Source of the DNA: Proteobacteria bacterium UBA664
Lineage (GTDB): Bacteria > Pseudomonadota > Gammaproteobacteria > UBA7966
Reading direction: 5' to 3'
Length of the DNA stretch: 64,000 bases
Assembly: GCA_002299125.1 (NCBI GenBank)
Contig: DBNU01000061.1
Span: 514-64,513 of the forward strand
The translations under genes and the position numbers were made by a program. How positions within the stretch are numbered: the first letter of the stretch is position 1; every line of letters begins with the position of its first letter. Under the pieces are notes generated by a model, which did not search any database, had not been told where the DNA came from, and saw nothing but the letters and a program-made list of their open reading frames with translations. Below, piece after piece: positions 40,506 through 50,700 of this stretch.

Positions 40506-41817
40506 CGATCAGAGGCCCGAAGATGCTGTTGACTTCTGCATCGTCGATGACAGCCAAGCGCCCCTGCAGAGATTGCAGTCCGGCGAAGCTCCGGTGCCAG
40601 TGCACGACCCACGGGTAATGCGGGGCACCTTCGTCGGCCTCGTCGAAATTCCATCCCTCCACTACTTCACCGACTCGCCAAACCGCGTGACCGCCCACCC
40701 TCTCGTAGGAGATAGTGCCAGGGTCCGGAGGTGGAATATCGTCGTACAGCGTATCGGAAAAGACGCGATAGGCCCGCTCACGCAGCCCTGCGAGATATGC
40801 GATCCGGTCCACTTCCGGAATCATGGCGGCAACATGCCTCAGGCGCTCTCGGATCTGGGGTGCCACACCGCCCTGCCGCCAGTGCTCAAACAGAATTCGA
40901 TAGCCAGTCCACGTCTGACTTCCCTCGAAGGCGAACAGCAGTACCAGATTGGCACCAAGATCGGTGACACACGCCGATGCGACCTCATCGATCCCGGCTC
41001 GCGAATCAATGAGCACGACATCGGGCTGCGTACGCACCTCGAGCATTTGCAAGAGCCTTTGCAAGCGAGCAGACCAGGTCTCGCGAGAGCCATCATCGCT
41101 GACCTTGGGCATCCAGATGCGACCAAGCTTGAGCACATACTCTCCCGGTTCTGCCCCATGGGCTGGCACCACGTAGATCTGCCCATCCCGCGACAGATCG
41201 CTAGTCGCAACCATGCCGTCGAGCACGCTGTCCGCGTTGTCGACCAAGTCTTCCACCAGCCAGTCGGTGATCCCATACATGGGCTGGCGCCCCGCGGGCA
41301 GCAGACTGGACGACAGCCCGGGGGATTCCAAGTCCAGATCGAGCACCAGCACCCGCTTACCCAGCTGGGCGAGCTTCCAGGCACAAGCTGCAAGCGCAGT
41401 GGAGCGTCCAACGCCCCCCTTGATGGAGAAGAACACGACGCGCGGCGCACCTACGGTTTCAGGGGCGATCTGCGTCCAGTTGCCCTCCGTCGCCAGCCGA
41501 TCAACGACCCACACATGATCGAATCCTTGTAGCAGGCGGCGGGCCCCACCGGCGCAAGCCGTCTCCAGATCCACATCGTAGAGAACGCTGACTTCTGCCT
41601 CATACGCGTGGGGACAGATTCGCCCGGCGAGCACCTGGTAAAGCGCCTGAAGCGATTCGCGCAATACGTCGTCGGTCTCGACATTCTCTGGCGCGATGAA
41701 TCGAACGCGGCCGTTGAGGTCGCGGTTGATCACCAGCCAGTCCAGTTGCGTGAGCTGGCGGCGCTGCGCCTCCAGCACCTCGGCGACCGCAGGCAGGATC
41801 TGATCGAAGATCGTCAT
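40477..41817 (-). CDS. ParA/MinD-like ATPase with about 150 aa N-terminal extension and atypical deviant Walker A (KGGVGRST)
   Basis: FSIKGGVGRSTALAACAWKLAQLGKRVLVLDLDLESPG has the ParA/MinD-type P-loop with the signature Lys, but with Arg at the canonical GK[ST] position. The start is at the internal ATG (MTIFDQILP). Confidence 0.55.
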   Translation of the reverse strand: MTIFDQILPAVAEVLEAQRRQLTQLDWLVINRDLNGRVRFIAPENVETDDVLRESLQALYQVLAGRICPHAYEAEVSVLYDVDLETACAGGARRLLQGFDHVWVVDRLATEGNWTQIAPETVGAPRVVFFSIKGGVGRSTALAACAWKLAQLGKRVLVLDLDLESPGLSSSLLPAGRQPMYGITDWLVEDLVDNADSVLDGMVATSDLSRDGQIYVVPAHGAEPGEYVLKLGRIWMPKVSDDGSRETWSARLQRLLQMLEVRTQPDVVLIDSRAGIDEVASACVTDLGANLVLLFAFEGSQTWTGYRILFEHWRQGGVAPQIRERLRHVAAMIPEVDRIAYLAGLRERAYRVFSDTLYDDIPPPDPGTISYERVGGHAVWRVGEVVEGWNFDEADEGAPHYPWVVHWHRSFAGLQSLQGRLAVIDDAEVNSIFGPLIDGVRGILHD

Positions 41818-42254
41818 ATCTTCAAACCTTCCTTGCGGGCGGTCTGCATGAGATTCGCAACAAGAGTCGCACCACGCCGATGCCTTTCCACACATAGCAG
41901 ATCGAAGCAGGACTCATGGGCGTATCGCTGCGATACGGACCAGTCCGAAAAAGGATTCGATGTCGGCACAGACAACCTGGTGGCCAGCGCATGGCCCACC
42001 AAGTGCGTCTGATAGCGCGACCAGGCAGTCGCCGGCTTCTTGTCTTCCATGATGTGGACGAAATCCTGCTTCGGTTCAAGGATGCCGCTTGGAACCAGCT
42101 TCTCGCTGAGCGCCTTCAGCCCACATTCGGCTGCCAGTCCGTACAGATGATCCGCATTCGCCAATCGGCCGGCCAGGAACAAGCGCTCTGCATCGTCCAT
42201 GTGCCGTTCATGTGCATTCAGGAAGTCCGCCTGCATCCTCTCACCTTCACACAC
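41814..42254 (-). CDS. hypothetical protein (about 140-146 aa), no recognised domain
   Basis: The ORF overlaps the MTase stop by 8 nt and the ParA-like start by 4 nt (translational coupling). An alternative start at 42236 is possible. Confidence 0.35.
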   Translation of the reverse strand: MCEGERMQADFLNAHERHMDDAERLFLAGRLANADHLYGLAAECGLKALSEKLVPSGILEPKQDFVHIMEDKKPATAWSRYQTHLVGHALATRLSVPTSNPFSDWSVSQRYAHESCFDLLCVERHRRGATLVANLMQTARKEGLKI

Positions 42255-45204
42255 CGAAGCGCTGGTTCTTCAGCCGGGCACCCAGCACCTCGGCCGCCGT
42301 GCGCACGTCGGCCGAGGGCGCCTTGCGCTCCACGAAGGCCAGCAGGTCCACCAGCAGCGGCCGGGCCTCCAGGAAGTCGGGCATCTCGGCCTGCAACTGG
42401 CTGATGATGGTCTGCGGCTCCAGCTCGGCGCGCATCTGCTGCAGCGCAATCACCAGCCGGCCCAGGCGCGTGGCGCCGAGCTCGGTGCTGTCGGTCAGGT
42501 CGCGCGAGGCGAACTCGCTCACCTGCTTCAACCGGGCCTCGTTGGGCGCCACGTTGGCCATCACGCGAGCGTAGTCCTGCACGCGGAAGGCCTTGGCGAA
42601 GTTCTGGTAGTTGTCCAGCTTGCGCGCCCCCGTGGTCTCCATGTCCATCATGCGCAGCACGAAGCGCTCGATGCCGGACAGCTTGCCCCAGGTGTCTGCC
42701 GCCAGGCCCTCGGGCACCAGCAGGTTGCTGGCCGCTTCCGCAGCCTGTTGCACGATCTCGTCCACCACCGTGACCTCGCCCTTCACGCGCGGGCGCAGCG
42801 CGAAGCTGGTGACGTCTTCGCCGCCGATGTGGGTGTAGCCGGTCAGCACCTTCAGCGCCGCGGCGTAGCCGGCCATCTGCAGGTCGGAGTCGTTGAACAC
42901 GGGTTCGCCGTGATGGGCCTTCACGGCGGTGTTCAGGTGCATCATGGTCCGGATCTGCCGGTCCACCTCCTGCCGCACGGCCGGCAGCAGGCGCTGCTTG
43001 AAGGCGGGCCGGTCCCCAGCCGGGCGCTTGCGCAGCATCAGCGTCACCGTGCCTTGCACGTAGCCGCCCTTCTTCAGTTCGGACGTGGTCTCGGTGGCGA
43101 TGTACCAGGCCGCCACCACCTGCAGCCCCGCGGCCCAGAAGATGCCGACGAGGTCGCTCCAGACACCGGTGTCCTGGTGCGTGAACATCACGCACTGCAT
43201 GCCGTTTTCGGGCATGTGCGTGGCCATCGTGGAGTAGGCCGCCACCATGTTGCGGCGGAAATCTTCGCCCGAGCCCTTAATGGCCAATGCTCGACGCGAG
43301 TCCCAGACCCATTCGTCGAAGGGCTTGGGTGGGTTCTTGCGCAGCCAGGCGATGAAGAATTCGGTAATCTCGTGGTAGTTGACGGCGTCGGCGTAAGGCG
43401 GGTCGGTGATCCAGAACTCGCATTCTTTATCGGTTTGCGCAGCGGATTCTGTGGATACTTCCGCAGCGCCAAAACCCCGAACGGTGTTAAGAGAGCGAAA
43501 TTCGCGAAACAGAAAAGCTCCGACAAATGAATCTGCGGTCCTCACTCCCCAGTTGTAGAGCGTGTTCAATGCCTGATTGACGAAGACGCGGAGCGGGATG
43601 TCCTGGGCGTGCGTACTACTCCATTGGCACAGTTTCGCTGATCGGTCGAGGGACTTCGCAAATGCAACCGTAAGTTCAGTCCTCAATGAACTTGCCGACA
43701 CCTGCTGATAGAGCAACGCCAAACACGTCAACTGCCGTGCATTGAACAAATGTTGCCAATGCGTCCAGCCGCGCGTGCGGATGGGTTCATCGGTCTTGTC
43801 ACCCGGCTCGATGGACATATCCGGCGCCAGGCCATCTTCCTGCCATCGGCCCAGGTTCTCGGCGACGAGGGCTTCGATGCACCGCTCACGTTCCAGGTCG
43901 GCCTCGGTGGCGGCGGCGAAAAAGGTTTCCTGCCGGGATTGGTTCAGGCTTTTCTGGGTGATCCACTGAATGCAATACAGGCGTTCCTGAAAGATGTCAT
44001 CGGGCCGGGGCTTGAAATCCGCCTTCTTCCAGCGGCGCAGGCGATTGCCCGTGGTGCCATCCGGCAACCGATAGTCGCCGCGCAGGGTCTTGATGGGGGT
44101 GCGCCAGGTCTTGCCGTCCAGTTCATAGACCAGACCGCCGTCCCGGACCGTGCCCTTTTCGGCGGCTTTCATCTCGGCGTCCGCCACGCCCGAGCGAATC
44201 TCTATGTCGAAGCGCCTTTTGGTGTGATCGGGTTTCAAACGCGCAATGACGCGCTTGTCTTGTGAGATGACCCAACTCGGTGACATGGGGATCGTCCAGC
44301 CGGTTTCCGGGCAGCGGGTTTCCAGGCAGTAGAGATACGCCTTGGCGCGGTTGCCCTGTTCGTCGTGTTCGATGCCGAGCGCGGTGATCTCGCGGTCCAC
44401 CGCCTCGGCGACTTCGCGTTGCGCCTTCTCGACCTCGGCACGACGCTCTGGGCTGGCGCCGATGATGTTGAGCGCGCCCCAGGTGAGCATGCACGCTATC
44501 GGGTTGAGGTCCGCGGCGTAGACATCGCAGCCCAGCCGCGCCGCTTCAAAGGGGATGGAGCCGCCGCCGCAGAAGGTGTCGCCCACGCGCGGGCGGTGGC
44601 CGTAGCGCAGGATGCCGAGCTGCTCGATGAGTTCCGGGAAGGAATGCGCCTCGATACCGAAGCGTGCATAGTGCCGGTTGACGACCGGCCACACCGGCGC
44701 ATAGAGCCAGTCCTGATCGACTTCTTCGGGACGCTTGCAAAGGCTCGCCTTCTCTTCGTAGCTTGCGAATGTGGCCAATGCCCTGCGGTACAGCACGAGC
44801 TTGTCTTCGTCGGTCACGCCTCGTCGCCAACCACGACCGCCAAAGTACCGTTCCGGATCGGGGATTGAGATGAGTTGCTGTAGCGCGGTGGCAGAGAATG
44901 CGGTGGCCGCCAGCGCACGGCGAGCGAGGCTCTCGTCGTCAAACGCCAACAGCGCTTCGAATATCGCGAGGCCGCTTTCTGCGTCGTCCGTGGGCGGCAA
45001 CAGGCTGCCCAGGACAATGGCGCGGACCAGGATCAGGGGCTTCCTGCCCTTCCAGTAGGAGCCCAGGCCCGTCAGGGTCTGTCCCAAGTTGGCCTTACGT
45101 TCCTTCTGCGCTTCGAAGGAAACCTTCTGGACAGGGAAGACCGATTCGATCAAGGCGGGCGCGTCGCGCAGCGCGCCAGCGTTGAGGGGTGGACGATGGG
45201 TCAT
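42247..45204 (-). CDS. DUF1156 domain-containing N6-adenine DNA methyltransferase (defence-island associated)
   Basis: 985 aa. It has a SAM-binding loop (FCGGGSIPFEAARLG) and the catalytic DPPY motif (FWITDPPYADAVNYHE). Its overall length and organisation match the large DUF1156 methylases found with DUF499 ATPases. Confidence 0.8.
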   Translation of the reverse strand: MTHRPPLNAGALRDAPALIESVFPVQKVSFEAQKERKANLGQTLTGLGSYWKGRKPLILVRAIVLGSLLPPTDDAESGLAIFEALLAFDDESLARRALAATAFSATALQQLISIPDPERYFGGRGWRRGVTDEDKLVLYRRALATFASYEEKASLCKRPEEVDQDWLYAPVWPVVNRHYARFGIEAHSFPELIEQLGILRYGHRPRVGDTFCGGGSIPFEAARLGCDVYAADLNPIACMLTWGALNIIGASPERRAEVEKAQREVAEAVDREITALGIEHDEQGNRAKAYLYCLETRCPETGWTIPMSPSWVISQDKRVIARLKPDHTKRRFDIEIRSGVADAEMKAAEKGTVRDGGLVYELDGKTWRTPIKTLRGDYRLPDGTTGNRLRRWKKADFKPRPDDIFQERLYCIQWITQKSLNQSRQETFFAAATEADLERERCIEALVAENLGRWQEDGLAPDMSIEPGDKTDEPIRTRGWTHWQHLFNARQLTCLALLYQQVSASSLRTELTVAFAKSLDRSAKLCQWSSTHAQDIPLRVFVNQALNTLYNWGVRTADSFVGAFLFREFRSLNTVRGFGAAEVSTESAAQTDKECEFWITDPPYADAVNYHEITEFFIAWLRKNPPKPFDEWVWDSRRALAIKGSGEDFRRNMVAAYSTMATHMPENGMQCVMFTHQDTGVWSDLVGIFWAAGLQVVAAWYIATETTSELKKGGYVQGTVTLMLRKRPAGDRPAFKQRLLPAVRQEVDRQIRTMMHLNTAVKAHHGEPVFNDSDLQMAGYAAALKVLTGYTHIGGEDVTSFALRPRVKGEVTVVDEIVQQAAEAASNLLVPEGLAADTWGKLSGIERFVLRMMDMETTGARKLDNYQNFAKAFRVQDYARVMANVAPNEARLKQVSEFASRDLTDSTELGATRLGRLVIALQQMRAELEPQTIISQLQAEMPDFLEARPLLVDLLAFVERKAPSADVRTAAEVLGARLKNQRFGV

Positions 45205-45213
45205 GTGGCGGCT

Positions 45214-45456
45214 TCAGGCGCGGCAGGCCTGGTCCGGATCATTGGGTTTGTCGGGCCGGGTCATGGCGACCCGGCCGGCGCGCAGCAGGGGGCGCAGGTC
45301 GTTCTGGCGCACGGTCTCGGCCTTGCGGCCCGGCAGCGCCGCGATCTCCGCCGCCCGCCAGGGGCGCAACTCGCAGAGCGCCACCACCAGGTCTTGCACC
45401 TCCTGGGGCGGGCGGCGCTGGCTGATGGCGCCGAGCCGCGCGGCCAGGGCGTCCAC
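45214..45456 (-). CDS. standalone winged-helix DNA-binding domain protein (Fic/ATPase C-terminal-like wHTH); possibly a gene remnant
   Basis: 80 aa. LRPLLRAGRVAMTRPDKPNDPDQ matches the conserved ...GLIEMTIPDKPNS..QKY C-terminal HTH tail seen in many Fic and AlbA_2/ATPase proteins. It lies 9 nt upstream of the MTase start. Confidence 0.4.
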   Translation of the reverse strand: MDALAARLGAISQRRPPQEVQDLVVALCELRPWRAAEIAALPGRKAETVRQNDLRPLLRAGRVAMTRPDKPNDPDQACRA

Positions 45457-45459
45457 GGC

Positions 45460-45882
45460 TCATGCCCCCCGAATCGAGCGCACGGCGATGCTCTGCACCC
45501 GGAACATCGGCTTGGTGGGCTTCTCGGCGCTGATGAGCTCTGCTACGCCCGCCTTCGCTGCGTGTGCCACATGGATCGCATCCATCGCAGCGACGCCATG
45601 GCTCTCGGCGATGACAAGCGCCTGTTGCAAGGCCGTGGGGTCCCACGCGATGTTCTCGGCTTGGCTGAAGACTTCCTCGTAGAACTGCACTTCTTCTTGC
45701 TGCTTGTGAAAGCGCGCCTTGGGCACGGCCTCCAGACGAACCGCATCGCTGACGACCAGAGAGCGCTCTGGATCGTCAAGCACACTCAGCGCCCTGCGTC
45801 CAAGTTCACCCTCCCCCTTGAAGGCAGCGATCAGCAGACAAGTGTCGATGTAGGTGCGCTTAGGCATCGCCCACTCCGCCAC
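45460..45882 (-). CDS. PIN domain nuclease (VapC-like toxin)
   Basis: YIDTCLLIAA (the first acidic residue of the PIN fold) and AMDAIHVAHA give the PIN signature. The real start may be MPKRTYIDT at 45867. Confidence 0.65.
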   Translation of the reverse strand: MAEWAMPKRTYIDTCLLIAAFKGEGELGRRALSVLDDPERSLVVSDAVRLEAVPKARFHKQQEEVQFYEEVFSQAENIAWDPTALQQALVIAESHGVAAMDAIHVAHAAKAGVAELISAEKPTKPMFRVQSIAVRSIRGA

Positions 45883-46192
45883 GGCGATGCCGCAACTCGT
45901 CGTCCAGCGCGGTCGCGGACATCAGCTTCCCACCGCTGGCGATATATGCCTGGCGCAGGGCCAAGAGCTTTTTGCCCAGTCCCGTTCTGGGCTGGAACCC
46001 GACAATCCAGTCTTCGGCCTGCAAGGACGCGCGCGAACCGGTCGTCAAAGCGGTGCCTGCTTCGTAGCGAATGGCCCAGTCGGCCACGCGTGCAGGTTGT
46101 TCTGGTCGATCTGTGGCTTCATGCCGATAGGCAAGGACCGGCGTGCTCCAGAGTGGCAGCGGTGGTACGTCCAATGCGAAGGCAAACATCAT
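45860..46192 (-). CDS. putative antitoxin partner of the PIN protein (family not recognised)
   Basis: A small ORF upstream of and overlapping the PIN gene, in the usual antitoxin-toxin order. Its start codon abuts the TIGR04255-like stop. The true start may be internal. Confidence 0.3.
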   Translation of the reverse strand: MMFAFALDVPPLPLWSTPVLAYRHEATDRPEQPARVADWAIRYEAGTALTTGSRASLQAEDWIVGFQPRTGLGKKLLALRQAYIASGGKLMSATALDDELRHRRGGVGDA

Positions 46193-46932
46193 CAGTACTC
46201 CGGGTCCAACCTGGCGACTGATTCTTCAGTCAGGATCTGGCGGAAGAACATGGCCTTCGAGCGGTCATGCAGCTCGTCGAGCTGCGCGCGAACTGAGCTC
46301 CAATCGCCTGTCGGGTTCTCTGGCAGGGTCTCCAGATCAACGATGGTGCCTTTCAGTTGCGACCCCGAAAGGTTGACCTGCGCTGCGGTAGCGATCTGGA
46401 CAACATGCAGGTAGTCGTCGTCAGGTATCTCAACCCGCAACTGCACGCGGTCGCTGATCGTGCGGTCGCCCACTGTCAAGGCCACTCTGAGCACTGAAAG
46501 ATCGTCCGCCAGCTCCTCACCAAGCAGGTCGATGTAGCGCAGCGAATGACGCTGAAGCTGAGGGATGAGGGTGCTGCCTTCGACAATCCTGGAGAGCGCC
46601 TCGACAGCATCCTTGAATCGAGCCCATCCTACGTAAGGCCTGCGGCAGTTGAGGGTGATCACGCGATCGCCTACTTGCCAGATGAAGCCCCCCCCCGGCT
46701 CCTCCATCAGCACCTTCGGTGTGAACCGCAGGTTGGGGTCGATCTGGGCGATCACCGCTGGAATGTCGGCCGACGGCAGTCGCCGCAGTTGCAGGGCAGG
46801 ATGGCTCTTCCTCAGCTCGGTAAAAAGAATCCCAGGCAAGACATCACCGATGCCCTGACCGCTGTCGAACTGGGCCTGCCAGATCGCTTCGATGATGGGC
46901 TCTTTCCTCAGCCGCTTCGGCAGTGCGTTCAT
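46192..46932 (-). CDS. hypothetical protein, TIGR04255-like (about 246 aa)
   Basis: The N-terminus LPKRLRKEPIIEAIWQAQFD resembles the conserved start of TIGR04255-family proteins, as far as I recall; this family assignment is unverified. Confidence 0.4.
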   Translation of the reverse strand: MNALPKRLRKEPIIEAIWQAQFDSGQGIGDVLPGILFTELRKSHPALQLRRLPSADIPAVIAQIDPNLRFTPKVLMEEPGGGFIWQVGDRVITLNCRRPYVGWARFKDAVEALSRIVEGSTLIPQLQRHSLRYIDLLGEELADDLSVLRVALTVGDRTISDRVQLRVEIPDDDYLHVVQIATAAQVNLSGSQLKGTIVDLETLPENPTGDWSSVRAQLDELHDRSKAMFFRQILTEESVARLDPEY

Positions 46933-46956
46933 CGGCTCACCTCTGCTTCCTCGTCT

Positions 46957-47661
46957 TCATATCGTTGTCCCGTCGCCGAATAGGTCCAAAGTGGGGCGAC
47001 CAACTTCTTGAGTGTGACCGCCGCGCCTGGCGCGGGGAGAGAGCAACTCGCTCTGCGCCACGTCGCCCAGCGCGTGGCGCAGGGCCAGCCGCCAGCCCTT
47101 GTCGCCATCACCGATGCCGCCCGTGCTCATCGCGGTCATGCCGAACAGCCACCAGCGCTCCTCGGGGCGCAGCGCCAACCAGTTGCGCACGGCGACGGGG
47201 ATCTTCTCCATCTCCATGTGCTCGACGGCCCAGACCAGCACGCAGAGCTCCTTGCCCAGCAGCCGATCGACCAGGTTGTCGCCGGCCTTCCAGGCGCTGG
47301 GCTTCAGGTTGTGCGTGCTGAGCCGGGCATTGAAGGCGCGTTGCACCTCGGCGCGGATGGCGGTCCAGCGCGCGCGGTTGAGCACGGCCCGGTCGATCAC
47401 GGAGTGCTCGTCGCTCAGGGCCTGCAGGCCGAGGTACTCGCTCACCTGCACGGGGGCGGTGTTGCTGCGCGGAACGATCACCTTGAAGTGGTGCGGATCC
47501 GACGTGGCAGGCACACCGAAGCCCAGGGTTGGGCGTGCGTCGGCCGCCGCAGCTCTGGCCGTGGCCGATGCGGGCGCTGCGGCGTTGGCGTTGAGTACCG
47601 CGGCCGCGCGGGTGGTCCTGGGCTTGGTCACGATCGGTGATGCCCGGCCGCCCGAAGCCAC
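46957..47661 (-). CDS. DUF3780-like protein
   Basis: About 200-234 aa, immediately downstream of the DUF499 gene, which is the usual position of DUF3780 in DUF1156/DUF499 loci. The assignment rests on context and general resemblance and is not motif-verified. The Ala-rich N-terminal 40 aa may be non-coding. Confidence 0.4.
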   Translation of the reverse strand: MASGGRASPIVTKPRTTRAAAVLNANAAAPASATARAAAADARPTLGFGVPATSDPHHFKVIVPRSNTAPVQVSEYLGLQALSDEHSVIDRAVLNRARWTAIRAEVQRAFNARLSTHNLKPSAWKAGDNLVDRLLGKELCVLVWAVEHMEMEKIPVAVRNWLALRPEERWWLFGMTAMSTGGIGDGDKGWRLALRHALGDVAQSELLSPRARRGGHTQEVGRPTLDLFGDGTTI

Positions 47662-47712
47662 AGAGCGCTCCCTCGGGGGGCAGCGAGCGAGAGCGAGCTT
47701 GGGGGTCTCATG

Positions 47713-50700
47713 TCATGCCTCCTGCACTACGTCGCCGGGCTTGAGCTCTAGGCCCACCAGCCTGGCGAAATCCTTGGCCGCAAAGCCGGTGTCGAAGTGG
47801 GCGCCGTCACTGATGTTCACGACCACCGGCGCCTGGTCTTCGGCCAGCAGCTGGCGCAGGCTGTTGATCACGCCCTCGATCACGCTGGCAGTGACCTCGC
47901 GCTCCTGGAAGCGTACGGTCACGGTCTTCTCGCCTTCACCGATCTCGATGCGCACGCCCTTGAACAGCGTGCCGGGTTGATCGCGGAAACGGTTGATGAC
48001 CCCGAACACGCGGTCGGTGGTGTCCAGGCCGATGCGCTTGGGCTGCAGCTTGACGGACTTGGTGTCATTGATCTGGACGGTCTTGTCGCCGCTGGCCGGG
48101 ATCTGGAAGTCCGCCGTCTTGTTGGCCTCGCCGGCGTGGGCGTAGACGAGCAGTCGGGCCGCGGCGGCACCGATCTCGAACGGGCCCTCGTAGGGCAGGC
48201 CATCGCGCGGGTTGGAGCCGTCGAGCGTGTAGGTGAGCGTGGCCTTGGGCGTGCACGCCAGCGTGACGCGGCGCTTGTCGGCGGCCGGCTCCACCTGGTG
48301 ACGGATCTTCAGTTCGGCGGTCCAGCGAACGGGCGTGCCGGTTTCGTAGTGGCCGGTGGTGTCGCGGGCCAGGAAGTACAGCGTGCCTTCCGTCGTGGTG
48401 AAGCTGTCGAGGTTGTCGATGGACTGGCCGTTGACCAGCCCCTCGGGGCGGGTGGCGTAGACCACCACCGGGCTCTCACCCGCGTGGCGCGGCGTGAGGC
48501 TCAGGATGGTGGCGCCGGTGTCCGGCTGGCTGCCGACGACCGAGACGTTGACCGTGGTCTTGTCCTTCGGGAACGGGCCCTTTTCGATGTACCCGTCCTC
48601 ACCCAGGCGCCAGCGGCCTTGCCTGAGGGCCTCGGCCTTCAGCGTGTCCATGCCGCCCGAGCCGGGCATCCAGGGCCAGTCGGGATTGCTCTTGGCGCGC
48701 GCCACCACATCCTTCCAGGGCGTGCGGCGGTTGTCCTTGCCCGAGGGCCACAGCACCTCTTCCGCCATGGCGAAGTACTCGCCGAAGCTGTCAGTCAGGT
48801 TGGCGGCCAGCTTGTAGTTGGCGCGCGGGCTGGCAAGCAGGGTTTCGATCTGCGCCTCGGCGGACTGCTCGCCCTTGCCGAGCTTGAGGCCGTTGTCGAT
48901 GGTGACGTTGGCCAGGAAGTGCCGACCGTCGATGGGTTCGGTGCTCGGGAAGTAGACGCGGTTGTAGGCCGCAGACAGAGCCTTCGCGAAACGGTCCTCG
49001 GCCTCCTCGAGCCGATCACGCGCCTCCTCGAAGAGGGTGTCGCCAGCCTTCAGACGCTTGTGGATCTGCTCGATGGCGTATAGCTCTCGCAGGCGGTCTT
49101 CCACGGCTTCGGCCAGGTGACTGTCCTGGCCGGTGAGCACGAGGAGGTTGTTCTTCTCCTGCTGGTAGTCGAAGAAGTTCTGCAGCTCGCTGGGCGGCAC
49201 CTTGCCGTCCGGCTTGATGACGATGAGGGTGCGCGGGCCGCTCAGGCGGATCTCGTCGAGGCGAGGCAGCACCTGCACGTCCTGGTACGCCCGGCGCCGA
49301 TCCGGCTGGAGGATGCCGGTGAGCCGGTTGATCAGCGCCTGGTCGATCTTGGGCTGCGGTACTTCCTTGGCGTTGCGCTCGATCTGGCGCGAGAGGTTCT
49401 CGGTCTCCTTGACGAACAGGCGCTGGTCTTCGCGGTGCAGGTACCAAGCTTGCTCGCGCAGACGCTGCAGCGCTTGCAGGAACTCGTCGGGCTTGCGACC
49501 GGGCGCGGCGAGGAACTCGATGACCTCGCTCTCTGACAGGCCGATGCGGCCACCCACCGCGCGTGACAGCGACGATGCCAGCAGCAGCGTCATCACCTGG
49601 CGGGATGCGTCGGTATCAAGTTCGAAGTCGATGATCTCGGCAATGGCGTTGCCTTTGTCGGCGATGTCCCGCGTGACAGCCGGCAGCAGCTTGGGGGCGA
49701 TGCGCTCGATCTCGTCACGCACCTGGTCATCGTTCAGAGCCAGGTGCTGGGTGCCGATGAGGTGGACGTCATCGTCCTCGCGCAGCGCCACGCTCTTGAG
49801 CAGCCGCGCCGTGAACTGCATCAAGCCGCGGGTCTGACGGAAGCCCTCGTTCTCCTTGAACAGGGCAACGAGGTGCTTGAACGACGGATGGAAGGGGTAG
49901 GTCTCCCGCACCTGTTCGGCGATCTGCTCAATGCTGGCTGCGACGATGTAGCCCGCGTCTTCGGCTTTTTTGATCTGCTGGGCATACTCCTCGGCCACGT
50001 CGGCGATGACGCGATCGTCGGGCATCATGTCTATGAGACGCGTCTTCAGGATCTCATAGATCTCGTTGCCTGCCAGTTGCACCGGCGTGATCGTCATCGC
50101 CTGGCGGCGGGTTTCCTGCTGCAGGTTCGAGATCGCGTCGGCCAGCGCCTTGGTCTGCGCCTGGTAGCTACCGGAGAGGTTGGCGACGACGATGCAGCAG
50201 TTAGGCAGTTCCAGCGCCGCGCTCATCAGCGTGGCCAGCGAGAACACCACCATGTTGGCCAGCGTTCCCTGTCCGAAGACTTGGGTGCTGGCGTTGTCTA
50301 GGTAGGGCGGGAGTTCGTCGAGGAGGATGAGGGTCGGCTTGTTGCCGATGATCTCTTTCCACTTCGCCTGGTCGACCGACTTCGGGCCGTTTACCCAGTA
50401 GGCCTTGATGGCTTCGGGCTCGCCGAGCTGCGTCGCGATATCGCCCCAGATGTAGTTGTCGGGGGTGATCCGGCCATTGAAGGCCGCTATTCGCGCCTGG
50501 CCGAAGTCGATGCGGTCCTTCAGGTCGGCAGGCAACACCTCCTGCCGCAAGTGCGGGTGGCGCGCCAGCAGGCCCAGCGCGATCATCATATGCGTCTTGC
50601 CGCCGCCCATCGCCTGGGTCAGTTCGAAGACCGCCTGGTCCGACTTGCCGGACAGGCGCAGCAGGCCCTCGCGGAACAACTGCGCCATGCCGTGGGTGAC

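Noticed and set aside
42218-43195. 325 aa minus-strand ORF and several other long ORFs inside the methylase gene
   Set aside because: They are alternative-frame ORFs within the DUF1156 gene, with Arg/Gly/Ala-rich composition and no motifs.
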